Below, in pieces: positions 15,671 through 27,964 of a stretch of DNA of 64,000 nt; the first letter of the stretch is position 1; each line of letters opens with the position of its first letter. Both the position numbers and the translations under genes were made by a program. The stretch comes from Lytechinus pictus. Taxonomy: Eukaryota. The stretch lies in the NCBI RefSeq assembly GCF_037042905.1, contig NC_087254.1, forward strand, positions 3,720,001 through 3,784,000, written 5' to 3'. Under the pieces are notes generated by a model. The model made no database searches. It saw only the letters and a program-made list of their open reading frames with translations, and was not told where the DNA came from.

Positions 15671-18600
15671 AGGAAAGAAAAGGGAAGGGTGTGGAATATG
15701 ACATTTTTTAATAGTATATGTTCAATTTTTTAAAGAAATTATCTTTTTGTATTAAAGGTCACATTTTTGTTCGCTTGCTTCTCTCACTAATATGTCACAC
15801 ATGCCTCCCCCCTCAATTTTTGTTTACTCGTTACGCTACCGAATATTTATGTTTTGTTTGTCCATTAATCAATTAGCTATTTGATTTCATGACCATCAAA
15901 TGATGATGCATTGAATACAGGGGCGGATCCAGGGTTTTCCAAGGGGGGGGGGGGGGCACATTTTCCCGAGGAAAAAACTGACAAGCAAAAAACAAAAACA
16001 AAAAAACAAAAAAAGGTCTTCACTTTCAAAAGGGGAGCACACTTCGGTTTTAACGGCATTATTACATTACACATTTTAACTGTGCATCTCCGCCAGTGAT
16101 CAAATCAGAGATTCAAAATGATGGTATGAAAGATCGTACGAATACACATTCACCACACTGCAAAAACTCCGATGTTGATTTAACACCAGTCTGGAATCTG
16201 TATATGTCCACACCAGAGAAGTGTTAAACAACACCGGTTTGGTTTTGGTCTAACACCAGATAGGTGTTTATACAACAGCAATTCGTATTAAAACAGCATC
16301 GGTTTGATTCCAAACTGGTGTTGTTTCAATACTTCTCTGGTGTGGACATATATAGATTCCGGTCTGGTGTTAAATCAACACCGGAGTTTTTGCAGAGTAC
16401 TGATCTCAATCTTTAACACTCCATTTTTACCGTCTCTTGACAGAACATTGACTTTCTCCAGCTCGTGCTAGATTCTACCAAAGACAACGAAGGCGAGAAC
16501 GACGATGACGACGACAGCCCTCCTGCCAACCACACCAACGGAATGTCATCGTCATCATCCGGTAAGACGGACACAAGGAGAAACAGACAACCGTTAACAC
16601 GCTTAGAACTTACAAGCCAGGTATATATTGAGTCAGATTACGAAATGAAATTATTTGTGGCACTGATGGATCCAGGGACACCCCCCCTTGCTACCCTGGC
16701 GGATAAAATATGAGCTATTAAAGACAAGAAAAAAGTATGTGATTCATTTGTCCCTTTGCGTCGAGGGAGAAGGGGGAAGAATGGTAGGTGGGGGAGGGTG
16801 ACTGTAGTTACTTTATCCCCCTTCTTATAGCCAATTTTGGATTTGCCGGTGATCATGTTTGGGAGAAAGGAGATACGGTAATTTTATTTAAAGTAAAACT
16901 GTGAATTTAAAAGTGAATTGGAATTTATTCAGTGATAACANNNNNNNNNNNNNNNNNNNNNNNNNNNNNNNNNNNNNNNNNNNNNNNNNNNNNNNNNNNN
17001 NNNNNNNNNNNNNNNNNNNNNNNNNNNNNNNNNNNNNNNNNNNNNNNNNNNNNNNNNNNNNNNNNNNNNNNNNNNNNNNNNNTCTCGCCTTCTTCGTAGC
17101 TGGGTATGATACGACTACAACTGCATTGACCCTCACAGCCTACCTCCTCGCCACCAATCCAGATCAGCAAGATCGGCTCATTGACGAGATCGACAGACTG
17201 GCGCCCACGGCAGAGGACATCAACTACGAAAGCCTCAAGAAATTAGTCTCTCTCGAGAATTTCATCAGCGAGTCACTTCGGTTATACCCACCCGGTGCCG
17301 TGTAAGTGATAAGACAAAGCCTAAGTTCCTCAGTATGGAGGACAGTGACTATAACTTTGTTATTAATTTTTAGAATTGCTTATAATCATGTGGTTAATTT
17401 GTTAAAATCGCAGTTCTATTACATAGTTCACTGGCGCATAGATGGGGGCATTGGCCGTAGCCCCCCCCCCCAAAAAAAAAAAAATCAACCATCAAGGAAA
17501 ACAGAATGAAAGAGATTAAAAGGAAAAGAACAGGGTTGAAAATACATTTTCAAAATATATGACAAAGTCAGCCTTTCTTATCAAAAAGGTCAAAAGTTTT
17601 GCTTGTTCGTTTCAGTCGATCGCTCGCCAATTTTGGGACAATTTTCCCCAAACATCATGGTTGGTCTCCAAAGTTTCCGATGCATCTTTTCCCCATTTCC
17701 TCTGTTCCTCTTTCTCCTCGTTCTACTTCTTTTGCACTTACGCATAGTGGCGTACCAAATCATAGCCATTATTATGTTTTATTGGCTGTTCGTCTTTTGC
17801 CTTGGGACTATTATACTATATATTTCTATTTCCTTTATACTTCATTTTCCTTTCTCTTAACCGCTTAGAGGCAATTTTGCGATTTTGCGGTATATAAAAT
17901 TGTTATAGTATTATTATTATACACATATTATTTTAAATATCATTCTCATTTTCAATTATTATACTTTGTGCAAAGTTATGTGACCATTTGATAGTCAAAA
18001 TGTCAAATTGAAAGAAAATGAGTGTTTATTAATTTTGAGCTTGAACTGAATTGATTTTTCAGAATTGATAGAGTCTGTAACCAAACAACTACGATAAACG
18101 GTCACGAGTTTCGAGCAGGGGACTCCGTCAGCATCCCGATATGGAGTGTGCAGAGGGACCCAAATCACTGGCCTAACCCAGAAAAGTTTGATCCAGACAG
18201 GTAGAAACAGGGTGTAATATAAACGGTTGCTTTAAAACATGAATTGATTTAATCGCTAGAGGGTATTCATTTGTCTCGCAATCTACTATGGTCAACAAGG
18301 AAATTCGTGATCACTCTCGCAAAAAGTGTTCACTAGCTTTTTAGGAAATTCGTGATCACTCTCGCAAAAAAGTGTTCACTAGCTTGTTGACCATTAGTAG
18401 ATTGCGAGACAAATGAATACCCTCTAGCGATTATTTCATTCCGCAATAATGAACCTATTGAGTATGAATTGATTTATTTCAAACTTAATATGAGGATCAT
18501 AATGGACAGGAAATCTCAAGAATTTCCTTTGATATTGAGTTCACTAAAGGGTCTATTGATACCTGAATAGAATAACTGGTAACATACCATGCCATTTCGT

Positions 18601-21038
18601 TGGTAAAGCTTGTCATTGATACATGTACATTTTGAAGCTTCACGAAAAAATATCTCGAGTAAGGAGTAAGACCTTATTGCATTATATCACTGAACTCACA
18701 CGTGATCATCAATTTTTATTTTTCAAGTTTCCTTTATTTCATTTCGACTCAACATTGCACAAATATGAAATAATAACCATACAATCGATACAAGGGAATA
18801 TACAATGGGAGCAATATAACCATACAATGGAAGTAGATAAATGTTTTCGGTAAGCATTAAACAATAATGATAAATCATAAAATGGTACATACAATGAGGG
18901 TGAAACAAAATGAAACAATTTTGAGTAAACATCTGCAAGGCTATTTTTATTTATCCTTTTCAATAACATAAAAGTTGAGGAAATGAATGGATCTATTTTT
19001 TTTTCAAAAACACCTTTCAGCGCACATTTTTCATTTTGTTTTCAAATTTCAATTTTGAAGTAGTGGGATCTTTCGAAAATGCAACCTAAGTCCCGTAACA
19101 CAAAGATTAACGATTAATCGTACGCTTGATATTCACGATTGATCGTAGAAAAATGTTCTATATCGGACCACTGCTAAGCTTTGTGTTACGGGCCCCTGGG
19201 CCCCGTTACACAAAGGTAAGTGATTAATCGCTAATTTGAAAGATCAATTCTGATTGGTTCCTAGTCAGTCTACTGAGCAACATATGCATGCAACGATGAT
19301 CTTGATAGGCCATTTTATTTAGCGATTAATCGCTAATTTGAAAGAGCAATTCTGATTGGTTCCTAGTCAGTCTAACTGAGCAAAGTGCGCATGCAACGAT
19401 GATAGGTCATTTCAGTTAGCGATTAATCGCTAACCTTTCTGGTACGGGGCCCAGGTCCGCGACCCCCACCCTGCCAATTAACATGCATGGTATTTCATGA
19501 TAATTGAATGCTTCTTTTTCTTTTGCTCAAAATAACAATTACTCATAGTTTTTTTTCTTCAAATAATTACATAGGCCTACATTTGTATACGAATATCGCA
19601 AGAAACGGGGGGGGGCATTAATGAAACATAATTGATGTTCTAAATTGGTAATGGTTTCATGAATGTCTTTAATAGCACTTTAATAGGTGAGAATATCGCC
19701 CCTTCTTTTCTTAGATTCAATAAGGAGAACGCAGCCGGTCGAGCTCCCTTGGCCTGGCTTCCATTCGGTGGTGGCCCTCGCTTCTGTATCGGGCTCAGGT
19801 TTGCTATGATGGAAATCAGAACGGCACTGGTGATGTTACTGCAGCAGTTCAGACTGGAAGTAGCCCCAGAAACCGAGGTAAGGATAAGGGTCCTGTTTCA
19901 CAAAGGCCTTTAGTGATAACAAGTTTACTATCAGCCAATCAAATAGAAAGATTTCAGTAGCTTTTAACTGATTATGCAAATGTGTTATTTATAACATGCT
20001 TTATGAAACGAGACCCATATCTTTCTTGACAATACTTCCACTCATTTTAATCGCGTTTCCTAACATGCCTTCGAGCAATTTATAGTATGCATTCCGTATC
20101 TGAATCCTGAATTAAAAAGAAATGTAGAATGTAAAATCCCTGGGGATAAGGGGGGGGGGGGGTTCAGAATACTCCGTCAAGCAAGAAAAAAAGTATCCAG
20201 TCTTTACTCCCGAAAGAAGAATGATGGTGGTTTAGGTAACACAAAATCTGATCCGGGGGGGGGGGGGGCAGTCAAATATACTGCTGTACACACGCGTGAC
20301 CAAGACATTTCCAAACACCCCCTAAACGAGTTATTCTCTGTGTGCAAAATAACCCCCTAAACAAGTTTTTCGCGGGCTTTATTTACACATTTTGGCCCCT
20401 AAACAAGATGTCGCCAAAATATGACCTCGGGATAAAAGCTTGAGAAAAAAACATACCCTAAACACGTTTGTCTAGTCTTAAAAAAAAAGCTTTGGGGGAA
20501 AAAAACATACCCTAAATACGTTTGACCCCGTGATTGACCATTGACCAGTCTTTCAAAACCACCCTTTTTCTTGAAAATCTGTGTTTTTGATACCTTTTTT
20601 TGGTCACGCGTGTGTACAGCGATATATTTGACTCCCCCCCCCCCCGGAATCTGATCTTTACTTGCGCATCCCGCCATTTTCCACCACAATGTTTTTTATG
20701 GTTCTCAAAAGGGGGCACGGGTCGTATGTGTACCCTGGATTAACCATTGGCTTTGCTGATTAATGCCTTTTAATATGTGTTATCTCACCAATATGATTTA
20801 TTATTTAACACAAATTATGAGATCAACGATTGTAATGTGAGTATTATAAGGTGCTTCAAAGGTGTTCCAAAATTTGCTGAGCATTCTCACATTACTTTGA
20901 CATCCTTTTTTAATATTGAATGAAAATGAATGATGTTTTTTTTTTTTTTTTTTTTAGATTCCGCCTGTTCTCGGGAAGGCAGGATTCATCAATCCTCCTA
21001 ATGGCGTCACTCTCCGGGTCGTGGAAAGATCTAAATAA
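6533..21038 (+). CDS. Cytochrome P450, clan 3 (CYP3A-like / TBXAS1-related), 13 coding exons, ~535 aa
   Basis: Exons with GT-AG and consistent phases: 6533-6612, 7717-7810, 9174-9226, 10123-10219, 11115-11231, 11882-11976, 13219-13379, 14751-14881, 16444-16620, (gap)17083-17301, 18063-18200, 19715-19877, 20958-21038. Motifs: N-terminal TM anchor, GPLPLP, WKKLR (C-helix), AGYDTT (I-helix), ESLR (ExxR), FDPDRF (PERF), [10 protein letters not shown] (heme). Exons 2, 3 and 12 (94, 53, 163 nt) equal the vertebrate CYP3A exon sizes as I recall them. Confidence 0.95.
6956..7167. mobile_element. Short MITE with (T/C)ACTGTTAAAAT termini
   Basis: TACTGTTAAAAT...ATTTTAACAGTG; internal inverted GTGAATCGCACAGTAGT. 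Confidence 0.6.
7717..7810 (+). CDS. CYP exon 2 ([31 protein letters not shown])
   Basis: Proline-rich hinge; 94 nt; AG/GT. Confidence 0.93.
8220..8812. mobile_element. Kolobok-like MITE
   Basis: TTAA|AGGGGAATCCA...TGGATTCCCCT|TTAA. Confidence 0.85.
9174..9226 (+). CDS. CYP exon 3 ([18 protein letters not shown])
   Basis: KKYG motif; 53 nt; AG/GT. Confidence 0.92.
10123..10219 (+). CDS. CYP exon 4 ([32 protein letters not shown])
   Basis: DPDMIK..VK.F..F.NR clan-3 motif; AG/GT. Confidence 0.93.
11115..11231 (+). CDS. CYP exon 5 ([39 protein letters not shown])
   Basis: WxxxR C-helix; AG/GT. Confidence 0.94.
11386..11620. mobile_element. CACTG-terminal (CACTA/CMC-like) MITE
   Basis: CACTGCAAAAACTCCGGTG...GCAGTG; an inverted sibling at 16156-16397 and a degenerate one at ~32010-32250. 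Confidence 0.8.
11882..11976 (+). CDS. CYP exon 6 ([32 protein letters not shown])
   Basis: AG/GTAAGT; phases fit both neighbours. Confidence 0.88.
13219..13379 (+). CDS. CYP exon 7 ([37 protein letters not shown]...)
   Basis: AYxMDxI..AFG..DS...DPFV clan-3 motif. Confidence 0.94.
14751..14881 (+). CDS. CYP exon 8 ([43 protein letters not shown])
   Basis: F/G-helix region; AG/GT. Confidence 0.9.
15248..15378. mobile_element. Harbinger-like MITE (GGGCCC termini)
   Basis: GGGCCCGTAACACAAAG...CTTTGTGTTACGGGACC; relatives at ~10543-10673, 19088-19196, 19198-19452, 35231-35374, 37855-37982. Confidence 0.7.
16156..16397. mobile_element. CACTG-terminal MITE, sibling of 11386-11620
   Basis: Same TIRs, internal sequence in the opposite orientation. 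Confidence 0.8.
16444..16620 (+). CDS. CYP exon 9 ([11 protein letters not shown]...acidic/Ser-rich insert...LTRLELTSQ)
   Basis: DFLQL motif; AG/GT. Confidence 0.9.
16941..17082. other. Assembly gap covering the acceptor of CYP exon 10
   Basis: N-run. Confidence 1.
17083..17301 (+). CDS. CYP exon 10 (5' end in assembly gap): I-helix to K-helix
   Basis: FFVAGYDTT...ESLRLYPP; GTAAGT donor. Confidence 0.95.
18063..18200 (+). CDS. CYP exon 11 ([46 protein letters not shown])
   Basis: Meander/PERF region; AG/GT. Confidence 0.95.
19088..19452. mobile_element. Two adjacent Harbinger-like MITEs; the second has an internal ~104-bp tandem duplication
   Basis: CCCGTAACACAAAG-type TIRs; duplicated GATTAATCGCTAATTTGAAAGA... 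Confidence 0.7.
19715..19877 (+). CDS. CYP exon 12, heme-binding
   Basis: [15 protein letters not shown]; 163 nt. Confidence 0.96.
20253..20647. mobile_element. MITE with CCGG(G)n termini and 8-bp TSD
   Basis: TSD AATCTGAT on both sides; TIR containing GTCAAATATA..GCTGTACACACGCGTGACC. Confidence 0.85.
20958..21038 (+). CDS. CYP exon 13 ([26 protein letters not shown])
   Basis: Poly-T acceptor, CYP3-like C-terminus, TAA stop; AATAAA at 21158. Confidence 0.9.
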   Translation: MPPVLGKAGFINPPNGVTLRVVERSK

Positions 21039-21255
21039 CCAAACCTATACTCATCTTCTTAGGATGTTACCAAATGCACCTTTGAACGCACTGCAGTGTG
21101 CTTCTTCATTTCAGCATTCTAATCTGCCTCTCATGAAAATTACATACGCAAAGAGGAAATAAATAGAACATTGGTTTGAACATACACTGACGACGATTTT
21201 ACAGAAAAACCCCAAATACATAATCTTTTTGTGCATTGTTATAACTGCAAATCTT

Positions 21256-21824
21256 CTGGAGCAAGTTAGCTTTTGTGAAAGCAGAAAAATCAAAGAATAA
21301 GATCAACAAAAGTTTGAGTAAAATAGGACTAGCAATAGAAGAGTTATGAGCATTTGAATGTCGAGATCACTAATGCTATGTAGATCCTCCCATTGGCAAC
21401 GCAACCAAGATCTATGATATCACAGATGAACAACTCTCCCCTTTTGGACACTGAAAATATACCCCAAAACATATCATATTGCTCATTCTAATCATATGAC
21501 TAACGATTCATCAATGATATATTGTTGTGAAACCTCTGTACTTGTCCTCTCATAAAGAGAACACCTCACCTAGTGATAGATTCTATAAAAGTGAGAATAT
21601 AAGTGAAATAAATACTAAAGCAATGAGGGAGTTGTACGTGTGTGACATCACAGATCTTGGTCGCATTGCCAATGGGAGGGTCTACATGGCATTAGTGATC
21701 TCAATATTCAAATGCTCATAACTTTCCTATTATTCATTCAATCTTCCTCAAACTTTCAACAATATGTTTCTTTGATTTTTCTCTTTGATATGGATTCAGC
21801 TGGTTTCAAGGGTTTCATTCTCCT
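21256..21824. mobile_element. Kolobok-like palindromic MITE, same family as 527-1113, left end eroded
   Basis: Shared arms; right end GGTTTCATTCTCCT|TTAA. Confidence 0.8.
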
Positions 21825-24800
21825 TTAAGCATAACAGGTGTGTCTTTAAAAAAGGAAAAGTTTTATTTAAGGATATTTGTAGGGTCTTACACCCCATATA
21901 CCAATTTGCTGTATATAATTTTACACACTATATAAGATAACGTGTGTTCTCGAGCCTTTGCTGCAGGCACTTCTGGGTGTTTCTAAGGAGAAACAGTGAT
22001 ATAATCTGTCCAAGTTTGTCCATTGTCCAATAGTATTTTGTATGAGAATGCAAAGTACACGATAAGATAAACATAGCACCTCTTGCAATGACAATGACAT
22101 GAATGAGAGCCCCCTTTTGTCTAAGAGGTGCAAAATTGAACCCTTGAAAGTGATAATGCAAAAGATCAAAGGTGCAAAGATAGAACCGTTTAAAGATGCT
22201 CCCGATGTTGTATGAAGTTTGATACACATTCTAAATGTGTAAAATTTATTTATTTTTTTGTAGAGTGTATTTTTTATAAAGAGAAAGATGAATCAGAAAA
22301 AACCATAGAAAATAAAGCAGAATCTTGAAGCTACAATAAATTGTAAATCAATATGATATTAAAAAAATATATTGTGTGCTTGAGTAGGACGACTTCACAT
22401 GAGACTTATGAAATAAAGAACATGAATTAAAAAATGATATAATTACATTTATCACATTGATAATATGTCTGTTAATTAAATGACTTATTTTTTACATCAC
22501 TGTTGTAAATCATGTATTCAAACTCAAAACGCATTATAATTATATAATAATTCTTTCTTTGTAATGAGTTTTCATTAAAATATATTTTGGTTATGAAGCA
22601 ATAAAGGCATTATTTTGAGAAAATTTTCAAAAAAACATTACAGCTAAGACGTTCTGTATTGAAAATTGAAAACCGTGAATAAAACTTCGTTCAAAGGTGT
22701 CTTTTGATGTAATTTATAAATGTTAGTTATTATTTTCACGCAATATCGAAAAGATTGTAAACAAAGGCGAACTCAATATTTATGAATGAAGTTTCACATT
22801 TTGTTTATTAACCATTAATTATTTTTTTGTGTGAAAGTCCAAGTGGTCCTTGTGTAAAGCAATTTGTTGCTTTTTTATGGAAATGTGGAAATAATTTGCA
22901 CTTCGATATAACTCTTTATTCTAAAATAGAAATTTATGTATGGCAAGTGAACCATACTGTATACCGCGGATGATAGAATTGGAAACTTAAGTGTGTGTGG
23001 GGGGATTCAAAGGTGTAAGTAATATGTAAATCTGCAAATAAGTTTATGAAGGTACAAAAATATTGCAGAAAGTTTTTTTGCACATGGATAGTTGTTTTAT
23101 CTCACCATGTATATCATGTGTACTGTTTGAGAGATTAAGAAAGCGCATTTTCCATGCAAAGCTCGCTCTTTTCATGGACCAATAAAATCATACTTATGTT
23201 TCTTAAAGTGGAATTTCCTGAGACTTTAATATTCCATTTTCACAATGACTTATTAAAAGGTCAAAGGGTAATTGAAATGTAATTCAAAATGACACACGCT
23301 TTATGCTTGCAAGAACGGTTGTGTGTGTGTGTGTGGTTGTGTGCGTGCGTTTGTATCCATTGTATTAAAAAAAAAAGTATTCATCCACAAACGAGGACAC
23401 CACTGTATAGTTGTAGGGAAGTAGTATGAAAATTAAAAGTGGCACAAGTAATATTCGGGAAAGTGTAGATACGATGATGATGATGATAACGATGATGATG
23501 ATGATTATGATGGTGATGTAATTAATTAAGGAATGTGTGTAGACCCGTGTACCCACCAGAGAGAATATAGCGATGGTGTGCGTTGTGGGTGTGAGGGTGA
23601 GTGTGTGTGTGTGTGCGTAAGAGCGAGAAAGACGGATATATAGACACACATAGAGAGAAGAGAGGATATATCCCAAATAATATAGAAAACAGGTCTACTA
23701 TAGGGGAAAAACCGGCCTAACAAGAGGCAGAATATAATTATAGAGACGGGGCCAGATTGATATTATAGTTGATCAATAATAGCTATATATAAAAGCATGT
23801 AAATCCTTTTCCTCAAGATCACAACTCCTCATTATTTGGGCAATTATGCATATGTTGATGTCATATAACTGCAAAATGAAAATCACCGGCATGATTATAC
23901 AGCCCCCCCAAAAGTTAATAATTAACCCAAACCAGACGACCTTAAGTATATATTTACCAAGTGCAACGCGGAGCTGTAGAACCGTTCAGCGAAGAGACGT
24001 TCTCGCAAGAATTGGTAACTTCGTGTGCATTTTGTACACAATGACTCAGAGGTGTTTTAGATTCTGGTTACATTAAGGCATCATGTTTGTAATCCGGAAA
24101 TATGTCCGTTATGGAACCTACATAAGCAGAACAGGTATGTCAACAATTGCGAATTAAATTATGATATTTTCGTCATTACAAAACGTCGACTATCCGTATA
24201 GTACAATAACATTTCTCAGCAGATCTGCTTTTAAAGCATTTCGACGATTGGTGCGTGTACCAGTTCATCCTGATTTAACATCATGGCCTGACACTCTGAC
24301 ATTTATTCTATACATTGCAATTTTAGTTCCTTAGTTTTGGAGAGTAGCCCACAATTATCATGATTATATTATTAGAGTAAAATATAGAATAAATTAGCTT
24401 CAATTTACTTTTACGTATGATCACCTTGTATATATATCACAAACGAAATGTTGTTAAGACTGATTGAAGGCTGCCTATAGGTTATATTGAACACAAAGGA
24501 AAAGATTATGATCAAACCTAGAAATTCTGATAGATAATTACCATTTTATGTCATAATAAGATATGAGCCAAATTCAATATCTCCTTAGGTATACATTTCA
24601 GGTTACATGAGAAAGTGTATATAATATGTACATAACAAGCAATAGGATTAGTTTTCTATTTATCAACACTGTTGATGCTGTGTGATACAGTATAGACTCT
24701 GTGTATAAAGTCGGATAATCACCTAGGTATAGAAGCTTTTACCCCAGACCAGAAATGCTGCCATTGGTTATTTACATCTACTACGTCGAATTCCAATGGT

Positions 24801-25308
24801 CACTATAAATAGAGGTAAATTTGTATTGCACATAAAATTGAAAATGTAATGAAATTGAGCGTTTAATGCGCATAATTGAACATTTTACCCACATCTCTGC
24901 ACTGTTGCTGCCCTATATACCTTAGTATATTGCTTACACTTTGATCATGAATATTGATTTTGGAGGCTGCATTCTACAAACTCGGCTTTTTACCAACCTG
25001 CAGCATAATCTTGTCTATATTCAGATGCTGTACATAGTTCCTCCTAAATGTTTATGTTAAGATGTTCGACAGAGAATGACTTTTGCAATTGTTGGAACGG
25101 AAACAAACGAAATGAAATAAAAACAGAAGATCTAATAAAACCTAGCAGAATGTCGTTTCGTCAGTGGAACCAATAGCGAATACACATCATAGTTTACTCA
25201 CCATTCGGAACGGTTTAAAACACAATTATTTCATATTTTAATATTGCTGTTAAAATACAGGCTAATATACGTGTTTTCGCTATTTTTCCAGTTTAAGAAC
25301 ATCTCACA

Positions 25309-27964
25309 ATGGTGGTAACGAATCAACAAGGTCCAATGGCTCGTAACAAGGTGTTCGCCAGTGTCTGTCTTGTCCTGTCCGGGATGGTAGCTACCTATGT
25401 CATACTATCTGAAATACATCTAACGAGAGAATGCCATTATTTCTGCACAAGGTACTATAATTCATTATTGCATTCTTATACTTAGCACGATATACTTTAA
25501 TTCCCAGAGCACCATATGCATTCTATATCCTATTCTTAATGCTATAAAAGATACCACTCTATCCTATCTTTGATGCCATCCTAATCCTTGACATCGACTG
25601 TACGTCAACTCACTATGTCTTGTTTGCTATTCCTATCCATAACACTGTTGATGTTACTACACTCTTCTCAATTTTAATACCTTTTTTGTTCCATAATTGG
25701 AACCTTTTAAGGTTCTACAAAAACAGAAATGGTTCTGATCAGTCCTTGAGAACCGTTTTTTACCCTTCAAGGTTCTTTATACAAACTGTCGAGTTCTGGA
25801 TGGTGAAAGAACCCGAGCAAGTTTGTATAGGATTCTTGATACAACCTACGGGATGACGGTCATATTCTCCGGGTCAGAGTAGAAGTTTGATGGAAAAATT
25901 GATGAAAAAAATCACATTACACACTACAAACACAAAGGAAACTATTAGTTTGGATTACTCTCGGCTCCCCCATTTTAATAACACTCTGGCTTTACTTGTA
26001 ACATTCACATTATCTATACGGTGAAGTCGCTGTATCAACCCCGAAGTGTATGTTTTAAATGTTTATCCTTATCCTTGATGGTAGGCTTATTGTCAGCCCT
26101 ATATGCATTTGTAGTTCCCTTTAATTTGAAGAAATACCTTCAACCTTGGTGCCACTGAACTCGATACATTGTGACCTTTGAGAGAGAAAGGTTCCCCGTA
26201 CAACTGTGTGTTGTCTTCTAAAATTCATATTCGGTCAAATTATACATAACTGGTACTGGTTCCAGCAGGATTAAGTAAGCCATTGGTCTATCCGCTTTTC
26301 TCCTCACACAGTGATGACCTTCCGGTGTGTTACCTTCGGCGATCAGCCGTGCTCATCTACGACCAGGACGTCGCCGCTCACGAGATGAGTTTTTCACAGA
26401 ACACACATCCACGCATCAACCTTGCCAACTACGCCACGGAGGTCGCATCGGGACGGTACTTCGACATCAACTGCCCCGTCAACCACTATTGGCCTCGCGT
26501 CTCCACGCTCGATCGCCGCAACAGTTGCGCGGTGGTCGGCAACAGCGGGATTCTCAGCGGATCCCGGTGCGGAAGAGTTATCGATAAACATGATTTCATA
26601 ATACGAGCTAACCTCGCTCCAATCGAAGACTATACCACCGATGTCGGTCAGCACTCCAATCTCACAATCATGAACTTCGAGACACTGTTCTACTTGCATA
26701 ATAACCTCACACAAACGCCTCCAGACACATTCTGGCATCGGACTTATGTCGAGAGATTAAGATACCTGAATGATTCGATCCTCTGGTACTCAAAGTCGAC
26801 TTTGCAACGGAACAGTAGCTTTCATCTAAAGGATGTGGTTCATGTTCTTAAGGATTATTACCACCTACCAATCCAGTTAGCCTATAGCTGGAGACCAGTG
26901 TCTGTTGAAAAGTAAGTTGACATGTAATACGAAGCTGTCAAACACGTCTGTGTACAATAGAAAAAAACATTCAAATTACGTCATTAAACTTCTGAAGGTC
27001 AAAGTGGTAAACTCCGATGATGAAACATTAGTTTTGAATTCGAAATATAATTCATTTTATTGTTCTATTTAAGAAAAAAATGCAACTATACGTCCCATTT
27101 GCATTATCTGCTTATGCACTTTGGTGTATATAGAATTAAAATGCTGTATAATGGTTAAAGACTAAAATGGTTTGAAAAAAGAAGAGGTAACATAATTGGG
27201 GAAGTTGAGGATTCCTAATGGTCAGTCAATTTCATTAGATCAAATTTGTCTGACTTAATTTACTATGAAACTTTGCTAAGTTTGCTTCCTATTTTTTTTT
27301 CAATTTTCAATGCAGGTTTCATGGTCTAAGACACTATGCAACAACCGGCTTCAATGCTGTCATAATTGCCAAGACTTTCTGCAATCACGTGACACTGTAT
27401 GGTTTCTATCCATCCAACGCGGCAGAAAATGGTTACCATGTCAACCACCACTACTACGAAGACGTCGAGTTCGACTACGTAGGCAGCATCCATAACTTCA
27501 AACAAGAGTTCACCAAGCTCAAAGAGTTTGAAGAGAAGGGGGAGATCACCATCGTAACCGATCTCTGCCCCGGGGGAAGGCGAAAGAAGGTGACCGACCA
27601 TGTCAATATGGCGGCCATGTTGGACACCAAGTTTGCTTTCAACTTGAACAAAGACAGACTTAAGGAAATCTTCGAACTGTCAGATGATACTGATGACCCT
27701 GACGGTGACGAGAAGGAGCGAACTGTTGCTCGCATCCCCAAGGACACTCCCCAGCAGTTTCATGTGAATCCGGAAGTAGATTCGGAGCAGGTTATCAAAG
27801 ACATTCAGCAAAGTTCTGAAATATCGAGGACTGATGGCGAGGCTGATGTAGGCCCAGTTATTTCTAGAAGTGATGTTGATATTTCTCGTAAAGACAAAGC
27901 TATGTCTGCAGATGGAGCACATAGATATAAAGGGAACTATGGAAGTATTGTTCAGCAGAAATGA
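25309..27964 (+). CDS. GT29 sialyltransferase, ST8Sia (alpha-2,8)-like, 3 coding exons, 463 aa
   Basis: Exons 25309-25451 (type II TM: KVFASVCLVLSGMVATYVIL), 26312-26911 and 27316-27964, with consistent phases. Sialylmotif L (CAVVGNSGILSGSRCG..ID.HDFIIRANLAP...DVG), motif S (TTGF...C.HVTLYGFYP), motif III (HHYYE), VS (HNFKQE), and the ST8-type C-terminal Cys (ITIVTDLC). Confidence 0.92.
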
